A stretch of DNA of 63,233 nucleotides, filler included, from Rhabdomonas costata (taxonomy: Eukaryota): the NCBI GenBank assembly GCA_019059605.1. It is 53 parts of 53 records of this genome, joined end to end, with 100 filler letters (N's around TTAATTAATTAA, not from the genome) between each part and the next. Parts side by side here need not be neighbours in the genome. Positions count along the whole stretch, not along the records: positions 45,414 to 46,508 come from JAHMHO010028892.1; positions 46,609 to 47,703 come from JAHMHO010028893.1; positions 47,804 to 48,894 come from JAHMHO010028894.1; positions 48,995 to 50,089 come from JAHMHO010028895.1; positions 50,190 to 51,284 come from JAHMHO010028896.1; positions 51,385 to 52,479 come from JAHMHO010028897.1; positions 52,580 to 53,673 come from JAHMHO010028898.1; positions 53,774 to 54,868 come from JAHMHO010028899.1; 45 more parts are not named here. One strand, written 5' to 3'. A program made the position numbers and the translations under genes. This document shows, one piece after another, positions 46,376 through 59,840 of this stretch. The stretch's first letter is position 1; each line of letters begins with the position of its first letter. Below the pieces are notes generated by a model. That model searched no databases and was not told where the DNA came from. It saw only the letters and a list, made by a program, of their open reading frames with translations.

Positions 46376-49300
46376 CTGCAGCACGCCACAAATGAATCTG
46401 GTCACCATCCATTGCCAATCCGGAGCCTCCGCCCCTTGGGCGCGGCGATGGAACCCCAAACTCTCATGGAATCAAACCGAAAATAGCCTGGAGCATTACC
46501 CACCAAAANNNNNNNNNNNNNNNNNNNNNNNNNNNNNNNNNNNNNNNNNNNNTTAATTAATTAANNNNNNNNNNNNNNNNNNNNNNNNNNNNNNNNNNNN
46601 NNNNNNNNGTGTGGGGGTATAGTTCATATCAGCCAATGCTCATCACCCAGGCAGCCTGCCAACGTGATGAGCATTGGCTGATATGAACTATACCCCCATT
46701 TTTTCTGCAAAATTTGGGGGAGCGGGGGTTTGTGCATTTTCCCTCAGATTAGGTGAAATGAAACATTGCGACAGGTGGGCTCCACTTCTAGCCAGTTATA
46801 TGAGATGGAGCCAACTCTATCGGCACTTTTTTTTTTGCCCCTATGGCCTTTTTTGCAACCTATGGCATTTCGAAAGTGCGGTGAGTGTACACGTACGTGA
46901 CGGACAAGCAAGACGAGGTCTGAGAAGCAGGAGAAGCAGCCGAGAACCTGTAGACGTGGAGCTGTAGACCTTCGAATAATCCTCAATTCGAGAGGTGCCG
47001 GCGTCGTACTGAGGAAAAAATGCGAAAGGGGCGTGTCAGCAGCCCGTCTGCACGGCAACCCCCCTCGAGGCACAATCTGACTGACCCTTCCATTGGGGGA
47101 AGGGGCGGGCAATCAAACCATTTCCACGCTCCCTGGCAAAAACGCCTGATGTTTCGCTCAGCGCAGCGTGCCAAAAACACAACAAAAGTCGTCAATGATG
47201 CAGATCGATATAAGGAAAGTCCTCCCTTAGCGCTGTAGCCTACACATTTCTTAGGCATGCCCACAAAGAGGAGGTGCCTTCTGCGTCTGGCAGCACAAAT
47301 GGGTAGGAAGAGGTGCAGGGAGAAAAGAAGAGTGCATTGAGTTTTTGGGTTTGAGCGGCCATGGGTGTGCTGAGCGAATCGTTCACTGGCTGACGCGAAA
47401 CCAAAACAGAAAAGTGTCATCGAGGAGGATTGGTCCAGGATGACGGAGGGAGAAGCAAAGTCTTCATATGTCACTATATAAAAACTCCAGAAGTCTCCAT
47501 GTAAAGTCTTTGTCAATGACACTGATTGCGACGCTACCTAACAGTCAGGCAATACTGCTATTACACACTCACTCTTATCCCGATCACAAACATACATACG
47601 AACGCACGGCATCCTTCACTTTCGCTTTCATTACTGGTCTCCTAACAGCGTAAGGGTGGAATTTCCTGCACACTCAAGCCTGGACCTACCCTCCCCCCCC
47701 CCCNNNNNNNNNNNNNNNNNNNNNNNNNNNNNNNNNNNNNNNNNNNNTTAATTAATTAANNNNNNNNNNNNNNNNNNNNNNNNNNNNNNNNNNNNNNNNN
47801 NNNCATGCATGTGATACGCTTTAAACGCTGCCATGTTACTGAGGCTAAAAAGCACGTGTTCTGAGTTTACGGTGTAACGTGCTAAATATAAAAAATTTTG
47901 TGCAAGGGGGTTAGGTAAACTTTGCCAGTGCCCTCAAGATGATGCTTTGCTAAGCAGCTGCAAACTGGTGCTGGCTGAGGACTCGCAAACGGCTGGGATA
48001 CGGTCGGACAAGTAGGACAGCATTAGTTTAGGGGCGAAGGCCAGTCCGCGCCGCAGCCGGAGTGGACGGGTGGGGCGGGGGGCTGAGACAACTTTTTTCA
48101 AATATGCTCCCATAGTAATAATTGTCACTTCTTAGCGTTACCACTGCGACCCCCCCCCCCAACTTCCATTGCACATTATAGTCAGTGGCTGGAGACCCCG
48201 CGGTACAACTTTGCACACTGGAGGAATGCCTACAGTGCGGACCCTTGCCAACGCTGCATGCTTGTTATCACAAGGGAGCCCAAATGATCTCTTAAGACCA
48301 GGGATCGGTGGGAAGCTGGATACCAGCAACCACGAATTCGATATATGGGTACCAAGACGAGCAAATAGTAACTCTCCTTATCTGCACATCTCAGATCCGT
48401 AACCCCGCAGCCGCATTCTACCTGAGAAGTATTATGGCTACTGAGGCAAAAAAAACTCGCCCCTGTAACTGGCAGATTTTAATGCGCGTCATCCTCCGGA
48501 ATTGCCTCCATTTTCTTCGAAAAATTGGAAACCACCGAAAATAGTTGGGTACCAGCGTCAGTCCGCGGCAAAGGACACCAACACCCTTTTCCGCACCGTC
48601 CTCTCGACAGCACAATTCTTTCGGTGCGTTCTGGTGCGTCCGCCTCATTACAGCGCCGCAGCTTCACGAGCCAACAGAGGGCCATACTTACCGCAAGACG
48701 CGGCACCCCGATTCCCTTCCAGGGATGTTCCTGCTTTGCCCCTTTTCAACACCGCAGGCAGAGGACATCATCGATGTCTGAGTTCCCCTATGTGAAGCCC
48801 CGGCGGAGGTTGGACTCTGCGAGGATCTCTGCCCTGCACAGCTCGGAGTGGGTCCCCGCAGGCCCTGGAGCAGCCTCACCCCCGCATCGGTCAGNNNNNN
48901 NNNNNNNNNNNNNNNNNNNNNNNNNNNNNNNNNNNNNNTTAATTAATTAANNNNNNNNNNNNNNNNNNNNNNNNNNNNNNNNNNNNNNNNNNNNGGTTTC
49001 CTGTTTTTCTACTTTTTTCTTGAAGTGTGGTTTGACATATTTCCTGTAGAACGGATTTCAGAAATGAGTGGGCGTTGTGAAGGAGGTTAGCCCGCGGCCG
49101 TGGTCCTTCGTATCTGATCTGTCTGCGATTCGCTTTTCTGCTCGTGCGATCCACTGTTCTGCCATCCTGCTGTTGGATGATGAGGGTGTGGGTGTACACC
49201 TTGCCTGGCCCCCGTCATTTCCACCCTTACTTAGCAAGTTCTGTCCACAGCCGACGGTTTCCCCGTGCGCGTACGGTATCTCTCCCAGGTTGAGCCCGTC

Positions 49301-49788
49301 TTCGGGGTTTAAAAGCCTTTTTGTGGGTAATGTCCGGCTTTTGTGCTCGGTTGTTAATGTGTTTTTCATTCCTTGCCGCTGTCGCTTTTCTTTAGTAGCG
49401 CAATTGTGTTCCATACAGTACACAGGGGCAGGAGGAGATGCGATGGGTCTAGGTCTTCCTCGCCTTGGGGCGGGTGAATGGGAAGGAACTTTTAGGACCA
49501 TTCCCTGAGTGGGTCATAACCGAGCCGGGGGCATCGTTTGCTCTGCGCGGTCGCGAGGCTCTGGTGTGGCGCTTCCTGCATTGCGGCGCCATTTCTCTTC
49601 CGTAAATGCCTTTTTCCTTTCCTCGATGGATACGTGGTTCCGACGCAAAAATTCCTGCGTGGCCGAAGCTCTCTTGTTGTGTGTTTCGTCCTTCAGGTAC
49701 CTGGCTTTTCCCCCCCTTTTTTTGTGCTTTTCTGCACGTTCTTTCCACTTCTCCCTCCTTCCCCTCGTTTTTTCGTGTTCCAAAAACA

Positions 49789-50089
49789 ATGCGCAACCCT
49801 TTCTTTGCTCTTGTGACTCTGTGTGGACTGTCAGTACTGCTAGTAGCAGTGTCATCAACAGATTTGGCTGCCTTGCCGGACATGTCGCTCTTCCTTCCCC
49901 ACAACAGCAGCGTTGCGTTTTTGAACCACTTCAACGGGATTCCCAACGCCACCAACTACACTGTGGAGTTCTGGGCAGCCTCGGCCTTCCCTCCCCAATC
50001 CCTGGCCTTCGTGTTCCAGGTCAATTCCTATTACCCCACGAAGGGTTTCTGGGAGGATTTTGCGATCATTTTTCAAGAGCACTCGATCA
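49789..50089 (+). CDS. Secreted protein, LamG/concanavalin-A-like start
   Basis: Signal peptide MRNPFFALVTLCGLSVLLVAVSS, then NYTVEFW strand motif and several N-x-S/T sites. Confidence 0.55.
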
Positions 50090-50486
50090 NNNNNNNNNNN
50101 NNNNNNNNNNNNNNNNNNNNNNNNNNNNNNNNNTTAATTAATTAANNNNNNNNNNNNNNNNNNNNNNNNNNNNNNNNNNNNNNNNNNNNGGGGGGGTTGT
50201 TTTGCAAGACGAGTTCACGTCCTGCCCCAGTTCGGGAAGATTTGGGGATGATGGTGTTGATGGACTAGGTGAGGTTCTTGACCTTTCGAGACATGTAGGG
50301 GGGGGGGATATGTCTGGGGAAATAATTGGCGACACCTTGGGCACTCGACGGTAAGCATTGTATTATGGTGCGGGTGCCCTGGCGTTCTTTAAGTGAGGAA
50401 GAAGAATTGTTTGGGTTTGGAGCACCTGCTGTCATCCCTGGTTTTGGTAGTGCACTGCACTGCCAACTACTTCGTATTTCACACAG

Positions 50487-51250
50487 GACTTTACCTTTAC
50501 GGACGATAAGGACCCAACGAAGAATGTAAGGGAGCCCCTGGTTTGGTTGCAGACGGTGGTATTTGAGCTGAACCATCCTGACGGAAACGAGGAGGCGTCC
50601 ATCGCCATTTGGGACATGCTGGTGGAGCTATTGGGAGCCCGAATCAACCATGTCCGCGGTGGCAAGGGGGTCCCATGGATGAACCTCATCACGTTCGTGC
50701 TCCTAACCCCTCTTTCACATCATCATCTGCACATAGTCATATATATTCATCATCCTTCACTTCATTATCTGCATATAGTCACATATATTAAGGATTCGGG
50801 TTCAGTGTGACGGAGGCGCAAAAAATTTCCGAAAACCTCCTGTTGGATTTAAATCGAAGATAGCCTGCTGCCCACCCGGTACTGAAACTGAACAGCGTTC
50901 CATAGCACCCGGAGAATGGCGCCTGGTTCGACCCGAATTGATTTGGATTTCAGAGACAGCTTTGTCGCTTTGAAAGTACCTTTGTTAAACGCCGGAGACG
51001 GAAAGCCAGCACCGGGGATATTCTTTACTTTGAGTTCCCTGCCGAAAAAATCAATAAATTGGTAAATTGCTTTAAAGTTGCAAGCTGAATTCATCGGCTC
51101 CGTTTTTTTCCTTTTCATCCCATGCTGCATTGCCCTCAGATATGCCGCGGGCCACAATTTTAAGAGCTATGAGTTCCGGGAGGAGGTCTCTCACCTCCGG
51201 TACATCATTGACAAGGAGCAGCACGTGAACCTACTGAACTCCCGAGTGAC
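50487..51250 (+). CDS. Spliced gene fragment, unknown family (exons 50487-50525, 50553-50692, 51140-~51250)
   Basis: DFTFTDDKDPTKN|TVVFELNHPDGNEEASIAIWDMLVELLGARINHVRGGKGVPWMNLIT|YAAGHNFKSYEFREEVSHLRYIIDKEQHVNLLNSRV; GT-AG joins keep the frame. Confidence 0.55.
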
Positions 51251-52091
51251 CCCGGCCAAGCCTAGTGCAAGCACAAGCACACACNNNNNNNNNNNNNNNN
51301 NNNNNNNNNNNNNNNNNNNNNNNNNNNNTTAATTAATTAANNNNNNNNNNNNNNNNNNNNNNNNNNNNNNNNNNNNNNNNNNNNTGTGGGTGGTTTTGGG
51401 GCAAGCGATCTTCCAGAGCACGGGAGTATCCTATGTTGTGTTTTGGTCGTGATCACGACGTGCGCTGTCGTGCCCTACGATACTTTCATGGCCCCTGAGT
51501 TACTAAAAGCACGCGTGACAACGTAATTTGCTGTTACTTTCGACTTGCTACGATCCTGCTTCGATTTTCGATGATTTGGTTGTAAACATAAAGGGGTTGA
51601 TGAGATTGGCGCACAATTGTAGGTGTTTGACCGCTCCTCGCTTTGCAGCGCTTTGCGTCATCCGTCGTTCTATCCCCGGCGCACGGCCTGTGCCTTGCCT
51701 TTTAGTGGCTGTCTTTTCAGGTTGTTTCAAGGTACACCAATGCTTCTTCCGAGACCCCGGGATATGGCCAAGGCATGATATTTGTTTGCCTGAGGGGTTT
51801 TCACCCATGATTGTACAAGAGTGTGGTTTTCATTCTCCTACTCCCGTTCTCCCAACTTGGTGAAGACGTGAATTAGGTGATTTATCTGAAGTTTGGCGTG
51901 ACGGTAGATGGCTGTGTTGATGTTACAACGCCCTAATGTTTCTGTGGCGCTTGGTCCTCTTCATTCCAGGCTCGAAATGCCGAGGTTTGAAGATGGAGAT
52001 GTTGCAAGACACTTCGAGAAGAGGCTGGAGCTTTGCCTTAACTATTTTTGCCAAACCCCATGTCCTTGTGAACCTCCACTAACCTCCACAG

Positions 52092-52189
52092 GTGGCACCG
52101 GGGGAGCTTGCACGTTGGCCTTCCTCAGCGTCCTCCGCCGAAAGGATCGCGACCTGACCTGGGTGGAGCTTTTGGAGGCGATGCAGCGG
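52092..52189 (+). CDS. Metacaspase p10 exon
   Basis: GTGGACTLAFLSVLRRKDRDLTWVELLEAMQR matches the GGACT.A.L..L.....W..LL..M pattern of metacaspase p10. Confidence 0.7.
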
Positions 52190-55100
52190 GTACGCGATTG
52201 CTTGGTAGATCACGCAGATATAAAAACTAGTTACCATATCCAGCGGCATATCAGCTTTGGGCTTCGTCTCACCCTCTCTCTCTCCCTCGCTCCCTCTGTA
52301 TCCAAGACTATCCCCTCTCTCCGCCATCCGGCACCTCGCGCATCCCATTTCAGAGCCCGATCAACCCGACTCACCCTCCGGCAATTGCAGAGAACCAGAG
52401 CGTCCCAAGGCAGGCAGAATAGTGTGCCATACTGATGATGTTGGGGTTGCTTGGGGATGCTGGGGAATCCAAACCAACCNNNNNNNNNNNNNNNNNNNNN
52501 NNNNNNNNNNNNNNNNNNNNNNNTTAATTAATTAANNNNNNNNNNNNNNNNNNNNNNNNNNNNNNNNNNNNNNNNNNNNAGAAGGCTGTGGACGTTTAAA
52601 AAGGTGTCAGCGACCGGCCCTATTGCCATCATTGGCTTGCCGGTGTCTGGTGTCCCTATTCGCAACCTCCCAAGCACACGCAGAATACGTAGATCAGACC
52701 CCATCGTTCATGGTTGGTGTAGGGTTGCTCTGCCGATAGCAAGAAGCCACCCCAGGAGCAGGAACTGCACATTGCAGGAAAGCAAAAGACGACCACGAAG
52801 TGTTGGGGGTTCCGCTGTGGAAGGAAACTTCTCTGCAGGGGGGACAGGCGCTTGGTGGTATCGGAAGGGGCGTTCCGCTGCTGTTGCCAGACAACAACAG
52901 ACTCAGAGAAGGTTCCACATAGGTATTTGACGTAATGATGTGTCCAAAATGCTCGAAAAAGAAGATGAAAAGTGGGAGAGGGAGAGAGGGAGGGAGGAAG
53001 GTGGCCGACACGCGGTTCCCCCATCCCCCCGTCCGACCACGCAAGAAACAGGACCCACAACCACCCGAACGGTCGGTCTTCCCACATCACTATCGCTGCC
53101 CAAGGCAGCGGCAGACCACACACGGTTTAGCAATTGGGTTTTCCTCCGGACGCTCCCACATGCTCCTTTTCATAAGAATGCTGGGGGATCGACTTTCGGT
53201 TGTGCGGAAGTCCTAAGAAAACCTCACGCACGTACAAAAACGGAAGACCTGTGGTGTTTCAGAAAGGTATCATGACACAGTACGGAGGAAAGTGCTGGGA
53301 GCAGGGAAGCCCCAGCGACGCCGCCCCCTAACACACACTACCACAACTCGCCACACCGCCGCGATCCACAGGAGAGGTTTTCTTCGACTCGCATGACTCA
53401 CACAAGAGCCCACCGAAACTTATCACAGATCAGCACTGATCCACATTCCGTCTCCCATCCGAGTGAATTACGGTACAGGCCTAAAACATCACATCCTCAT
53501 CATATGACACACACACAGTGTACAGGCACAAGTTGATAGGTAAGCCTGCAATGTGAATGATAAATGGGCGTCCTCCACCATTACCACCACCCCTACCACC
53601 ATCAGCACCCAGCACCGCATTAGATTATGTCGAAGGAGGAGGGCAGGTGGCACCCCTTCCACCCCCCCCACCCNNNNNNNNNNNNNNNNNNNNNNNNNNN
53701 NNNNNNNNNNNNNNNNNTTAATTAATTAANNNNNNNNNNNNNNNNNNNNNNNNNNNNNNNNNNNNNNNNNNNNACCAATTAGTACGAGCTCCGCGGCACC
53801 AGAGCTGGAGGGATGAAGGGGTTTGCGTCTCCTCTGTGGACGAAGGCGTTGGCCGTGGAGTTCAAAATTCAGTGGCGTTAGGAAAGAAGACATCACCGTT
53901 AAGCTGTTTGTACGGTGTGGCAAAAACATTTTGGTCTAGAAAAGTTAACAGAACTTTTTGGTCTAGAAAAGGTAGTGACGCACAATGATTGCCTGTTTCC
54001 GTGTGGGGTACGAGATGGAAACTACACAAAAAGAAGATATCTGATTCAGGACTGGCAATGGACGTGGCAGCAACGCAGAGATACACCAATAAGGTGAAAC
54101 TACGAACAAACACACGTGAAAGAGAAAGGAAGATAGGAGTGTCAAGCTGGTGATGTTGAGAACTGGAAATCTTGCGGAGGCAGCTCTTTTGCCTTTGCAT
54201 CATTCAAGAGATACCATTTCTTATCACTGTTAGAAGGTTCTGCATAAAGTTGGGGTGGGTCCGGACCATTACCGGGAGGCCACTGCCTACCTCCGAGGCA
54301 GCCGTTTCACACCCTTATTGTCTCCTACTCCATGCGGGGCCCTCACGGTAAGGTACGACATGATGGCATGAGCGTAGCAAATTTCATCATGAAGTGGTAT
54401 GTAGAAACGGATCATGCGAAGTAGCATAGATTTTCACTCCTCTCACATTCGCTACTTGCCACTACATGGCAATGTCTCTCATGTTAGTTCCGTCCTAGAG
54501 TGGCCACACAGTAATACACCACTTACGCTTAAATTGAGGTTTGTAGTCACGTAGCATGCAGTCACTACGTAGGAGTGGCGCATGCGGAGTAGTGATGGGT
54601 ATCGTGAGGAACGGAAGAGCGTAGCGGTGGAGTGACGAACGAAGTAAAAACAAAAAAGAGGCAAAAAGCGCTAAAAATACAGTCTTTTTTCTTGTATCAG
54701 GGCTCCACTGTACTTGTTGATATTCTTTTATAGAACCAGTCTATGAGATCAAATGATTTAAAAAAAGGAGTGGGAAGAAAAAGGATAAAAAATGCCACGA
54801 GGGTGTAAAAGAGATGGCGATGCACAAGATGAACATCTCCCTGTATTTAAGATCCCCACCCACAAACANNNNNNNNNNNNNNNNNNNNNNNNNNNNNNNN
54901 NNNNNNNNNNNNTTAATTAATTAANNNNNNNNNNNNNNNNNNNNNNNNNNNNNNNNNNNNNNNNNNNNGGTTTTTTGGACCCGTGTTTACTTAAGGTGTC
55001 CACTTTTCCCCGCCGGCTGTCTCGGTTGGTGTGGGCCTGCGACTCTCGGAGCCCTTCACGATGGCCGTGGACGAGCTGGGCGCCCGTCCTGGGCCTGTGC

Positions 55101-57420
55101 CGATCACGCTGAAGGTGCGTAGGTTACGTGCGCTCCACAATAGCACGTGCGTATCTCGTTTTTCCGCTTGCAGTGTTGTGGACGACTCCAGCCACCTCGG
55201 AAACCTGTGAATAGCGGGAGAAACTCTGATAAATATCTGATAAATATCGAGGCGGAGATGGGGTAGGCTATCCTGTGTTCCATTCGCTGTTCGTCGTTGT
55301 CAAATGGCGCTCGCGTGGTACCATAGGGCACGTGGGTTCACCATTCGACAGTGCTGGTCACTGTCGAGTTTCCACACACGCGTGCACCTGAACCCCGGTC
55401 CTTCCTCAAGAACTGTACGAAGATTGCCGATCGTCTCTGTGGCCGTCAGCTGCTGGTTTGTGTAGTGACGTTGAAAGCACACCCACCTCTCAGGTGGCTG
55501 CTGGTCAGCCGGAGGGAAACAAGAACAACCTTTCTCGGTTCCCCTTGACGGTCTCTGGGCTCACCGTGCAGCCCCCGGGCACCACCCGCCCGGACAGCGC
55601 CTACGCCGCCACCGGAACCCCGAACACAGGCCCGGCCCTTTCTTTTTTCCCTTCTTCTTTCGATGGATTGACCTAAGCATTTGCTCCGTGGGCTGCGTTG
55701 ACTCATAACCTAAGCACAACAGCGGTTCTGCGTCGCTTTTACCAGTCCCTTCGGTCTGGCCCGTTCATAATGTTCGTTCATTTTTACGCTGATTGATGAG
55801 CGATGCCCTTCTTCTGCTTTCGTGGAGCTTCGTGCATTGCATACACACACAGGCACTGCAGAAACGGGAAGTGAAAGAAGGATGGCCTCGTGCTTCTGTT
55901 CCTTCTGTTTGGGGTTCTGGTTTTGTCGCAGGAACGTCGGGCCGTACCCTGCGCAGTGGGCTGTCGGACCGACTGCGGGCCCTGATGGACGACCATGAGG
56001 CCCGGCTGAAGCTCCTCGAGAGCCAAGACAAGAGCGTGCTGCCGGTGCCCAGGCACCCCAACANNNNNNNNNNNNNNNNNNNNNNNNNNNNNNNNNNNNN
56101 NNNNNNNTTAATTAATTAANNNNNNNNNNNNNNNNNNNNNNNNNNNNNNNNNNNNNNNNNNNNGTTGTTTTTTCTCGCATTGGTTTGTGGTTTCCCCAGC
56201 TGAAGCGTTTTTTGGTTGGCTCGCAGACGCTTCTTTTTCTTTTTTGCAAAGAGTCTTTGAGTATCTGCTTCTGCGCTTCTTGGATATCTCTGTGTCATTC
56301 TGCGTTTTCTTCTGGTCCTGATTTAGCGTGTCTTCTTTTAAATTAGCGAAATTGCGGGAGGGTAGCGGTCCAGTACGGAACCCGTTTGGGCTAAGGCTTT
56401 CGGAGATACTGTGCCCCTGATGTATCAGCTCGCCCTATCTTCCTGTCCCTCCCGAACATTTTTGTCGGTGCTTTCGCATCGCCCCATGGATCTACACACC
56501 CTGGTGTTGCTGTGATTTCTCGGGTCTGATTTAGTTCTTACTGATGGAGCTATTGACGGTATTGCCTAAAACTGTTAAGTTGCTGTCTCATGTGGTCTAA
56601 AATTGCCAGGCAGCCCGTGATATCGTTCGGAACACAATTCAAAAGGTCAACCGACCTTTCCATTCTCACTGCTAGTAAATGGGAACGCCGCCCAAGCAGT
56701 TGTGCTCCTCTGTACCGGACAGCTACAGGACGGGCAGTCCAGGCTGCTATTAAGACGGCTCAGGCTCGCGTGCGAAACCCTTTTACTCCTCCACAACGCA
56801 AAACGGTTTTTTCGGTGAACCCATCTTCGTCCGTCATGGCGGTAATTTTTAGCCCCGCTACACGGTGCGAATAACTTTTGCCCACACGGCGCGGTTTCCT
56901 GCGGCAAACAGCGCGTGAAGTTAGCCTTAAATTTTCTTTTCCCCAACCTGCCTTATCACCGTTAACTGCCCCTTTTCACCTTAAGCTGCCCCTTCCCTAT
57001 GCCGGCGTCTTGAGAAAAAGGCGCCTTTTGCGACGAAGCGGTAACCGGCGTCATAGCCCAGACCTTCCCGAAATCCCGAAACCTCCCGGGAGAAAGTGCT
57101 GCCACCTTTCTGCCCGCCATCAATTGATTTCAATGTTTCAAAAACGCCCGATGGAAATTTCGTTTCGGCCAACTGCCCCACCCCTGACCCCGCTCAAGAA
57201 ATCAGGTGTTTCACGTTCTGCCTTGTTTTTGTACACATTTGTTTGGAGGGTGTTCACANNNNNNNNNNNNNNNNNNNNNNNNNNNNNNNNNNNNNNNNNN
57301 NNTTAATTAATTAANNNNNNNNNNNNNNNNNNNNNNNNNNNNNNNNNNNNNNNNNNNNGTTTTTGGTGATGATGGTTTGAAAAAAAGTTGTATTTTATTA
57401 TTTTATTTAAACAAATATTG

Positions 57421-57834
57421 ATGAATTTATTAAAATTAAATAATAAAATACAACTTTTTTTCAAACCATCATCGCCAGAAATACAAACAAGTACAGTATA
57501 TAAACCATACGATTATGAAATAATAGATAAAAATGTTTCATCTGACGATACAGTAATTAATCAGTTAATTGATAATTATGTAAATATATGTTTTAATAAT
57601 GAACTTGAATATCCAAGAACAATTATAAATTGTAACACTGAATATTTTATTAATCAAGATCATATACTATTAAATAATTTTCGTTTACTAAAGAATTTTG
57701 AAGATATGTATAAACCAAATATGAATGCTGTTCTAAAAATAGGTAATATTTTTTTGTGTAGAGTTAAAGTATCTATAAGTACAGATCAGTCCATTAAAAT
57801 TAACATATCTGGTAATACAGTATTTGACAGTTAA
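57421..57834 (+). CDS. Intronless AT-rich hypothetical protein, giant-virus-like
   Basis: Open frame rich in N/I/K/Y; the region upstream of ~57405 is a fold-back arm. Confidence 0.65.
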   Translation: MNLLKLNNKIQLFFKPSSPEIQTSTVYKPYDYEIIDKNVSSDDTVINQLIDNYVNICFNNELEYPRTIINCNTEYFINQDHILLNNFRLLKNFEDMYKPNMNAVLKIGNIFLCRVKVSISTDQSIKINISGNTVFDS

Positions 57835-57981
57835 ATAATACTATTTTTATTATAAAAGAAAATATAACAATTGATATTTTAATTTTAAATATTTAAAAAT
57901 ATAATTATTTTTAAATATTGCATACTAAAAATAAAAAAATATTTAATTTATTAAAATTAAATTTCTTTGTGTTATACATAT

Positions 57982-58453
57982 ATGAAACGTCGTGAAATGG
58001 AATACAAAATTAAGAAATACAATGATAAAATCAATAATTTATACACTTTACACGGTGGAGCCGATGCTGCTTATAAAGAAAAATGACATACATTGAGACA
58101 ATATATAGTATTGTGACAAAATTAAATTCTTATTTTCGTTATAGTGAAATACATATTCCACAGCTAATCGATTTACTAACAAAAACTGATATAGTGAAAT
58201 ATAATGAACAATTACCACCAATACTTCATACACTAGAAAAATATAATAAAATAATTTTAAGTATAAGAGATGATAAAAAATTAACGCAAAAACAAAAAGA
58301 ATTAGTACAGAAATGTGAAGAATCATTATGTCCAGTATTTAACAAAACCTTTTTTCCAATTAAATATGAAGAGTTTAAAGAAGAACAAACAGTGCCAAAT
58401 AATATTAAAACATATAAATCACAATTAAGAAGAATATATGTAGAACAAAAAAA
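57982..58453 (+). CDS. Giant-virus-like protein split by a 1-nt frameshift at an A-run (57982-58086 and 58083-end)
   Basis: MKRREMEYKIKKYNDKINNLYTLHGGADAAYKEK* overlaps MTYIETIYSIV...; one extra A in GAAAAATGAC fuses them. Confidence 0.6.
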
Positions 58454-59270
58454 NNNNNNNNNNNNNNNNNNNNNNNNNNNNNNNNNNNNNNNNNNNNTTA
58501 ATTAATTAANNNNNNNNNNNNNNNNNNNNNNNNNNNNNNNNNNNNNNNNNNNNAGTCGTTCGATCGAGCGGATTCGGCGTTGCAGCGCTTTGACAAACGA
58601 GTACGACAGGGTGATTTCTTCTGTTGGAGCGGGTGGATGAGTTAGAGATTTCCTCAGGGGTGGTCGATGCTCCGTAAAGTAAACACGAGGATGCTTTCTT
58701 GTTTGATGCTGGGGGTTGAGAAAAATGCGCAAGCGACTCCCACTGGGATAAATGCATTCATTATTGCAGGGGGGGGGTATCAATGCTCCCCAGAGAGAAA
58801 TAATGACCAAGGAGAAGGAGGATAGCGAAAATGCTAAATGTCTCCCGCTCCTCCACTGAGGCTCACAACCAGACGGTAAATGACCAACATCGGGACGAGG
58901 CAGACATAAACGAAGGACACAAATGCAAGTTGGCGACCGGGCTCGCTGGGCCTTCCACGTGAGAAATTTCATCCCATCCCATCACTCCTCTACCATCACG
59001 CAATTCCGGAGCTTTGAGAGAGCCACCCATGTGCTTTTGTGCGTCCTAGTTGCTGCAGCAAAGAACCTCCTCACAATGAACCTATGCATTCCTCGGTTTT
59101 CGGTTTCCACCTGGCCGGTGGCCCTGAGCACCAATCGGCAACCAATCGAAAACTGGCCACCCTCTCCGGCTTGGAGAAGTCTCCGCTTCAGTCCTAGAAA
59201 ACCGCTCTGAGCCATCTGAGCTAAGTTCGAATTAACATGCCACTTAAGATTGTTGCCAATCCACCCGCAC

Positions 59271-59521
59271 CTGGGAATCGACAGCAGGGCGTACTCCACA
59301 GCCTGCAGATGCTTGCTGGCTCTTAGGAAGAAGTGCAGCCCCAGGACCCCAAGGGTGGCGCTGTAGTTCCCCACTGCCGCGGAGGTCGTCATAGCGGCCC
59401 GGCCACTGCCCTTCAGGACGTAGGCCAAGGCCAGCACAAGGTCCTCTGCGGGCTGCACCAGTGCCCAGAACGCGCTCTGAGTGCTTTGCATGGTGGAGTT
59501 GCGGAGCTCGACCGTCACGGA
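59271..59521 (-). CDS. Probable exon, unknown protein
   Basis: cttag/gtgcgg-bounded GC-rich frame SVTVELRNSTMQSTQSAFWALVQPAEDLVLALAYVL... Confidence 0.5.
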
Positions 59522-59840
59522 CTAAGGCACAATCGGAATTCGGAGGGAACACGTCGCTCTGTAGCACTTCTGTATACATGGTCAGACACACACCCATTTT
59601 CGGGGCCACAGAAAAATACCCATGGTGGCACGTAAGCACCACACACCCNNNNNNNNNNNNNNNNNNNNNNNNNNNNNNNNNNNNNNNNNNNNTTAATTAA
59701 TTAANNNNNNNNNNNNNNNNNNNNNNNNNNNNNNNNNNNNNNNNNNNNGGTGTTGTTGGGATATTTTTCGGCTTGCAGTGCAAGAAGATGCTTCCCTCCC
59801 CCCCTAATGTTTTCACAGAAAGAGCCCACAACCCATGGAC

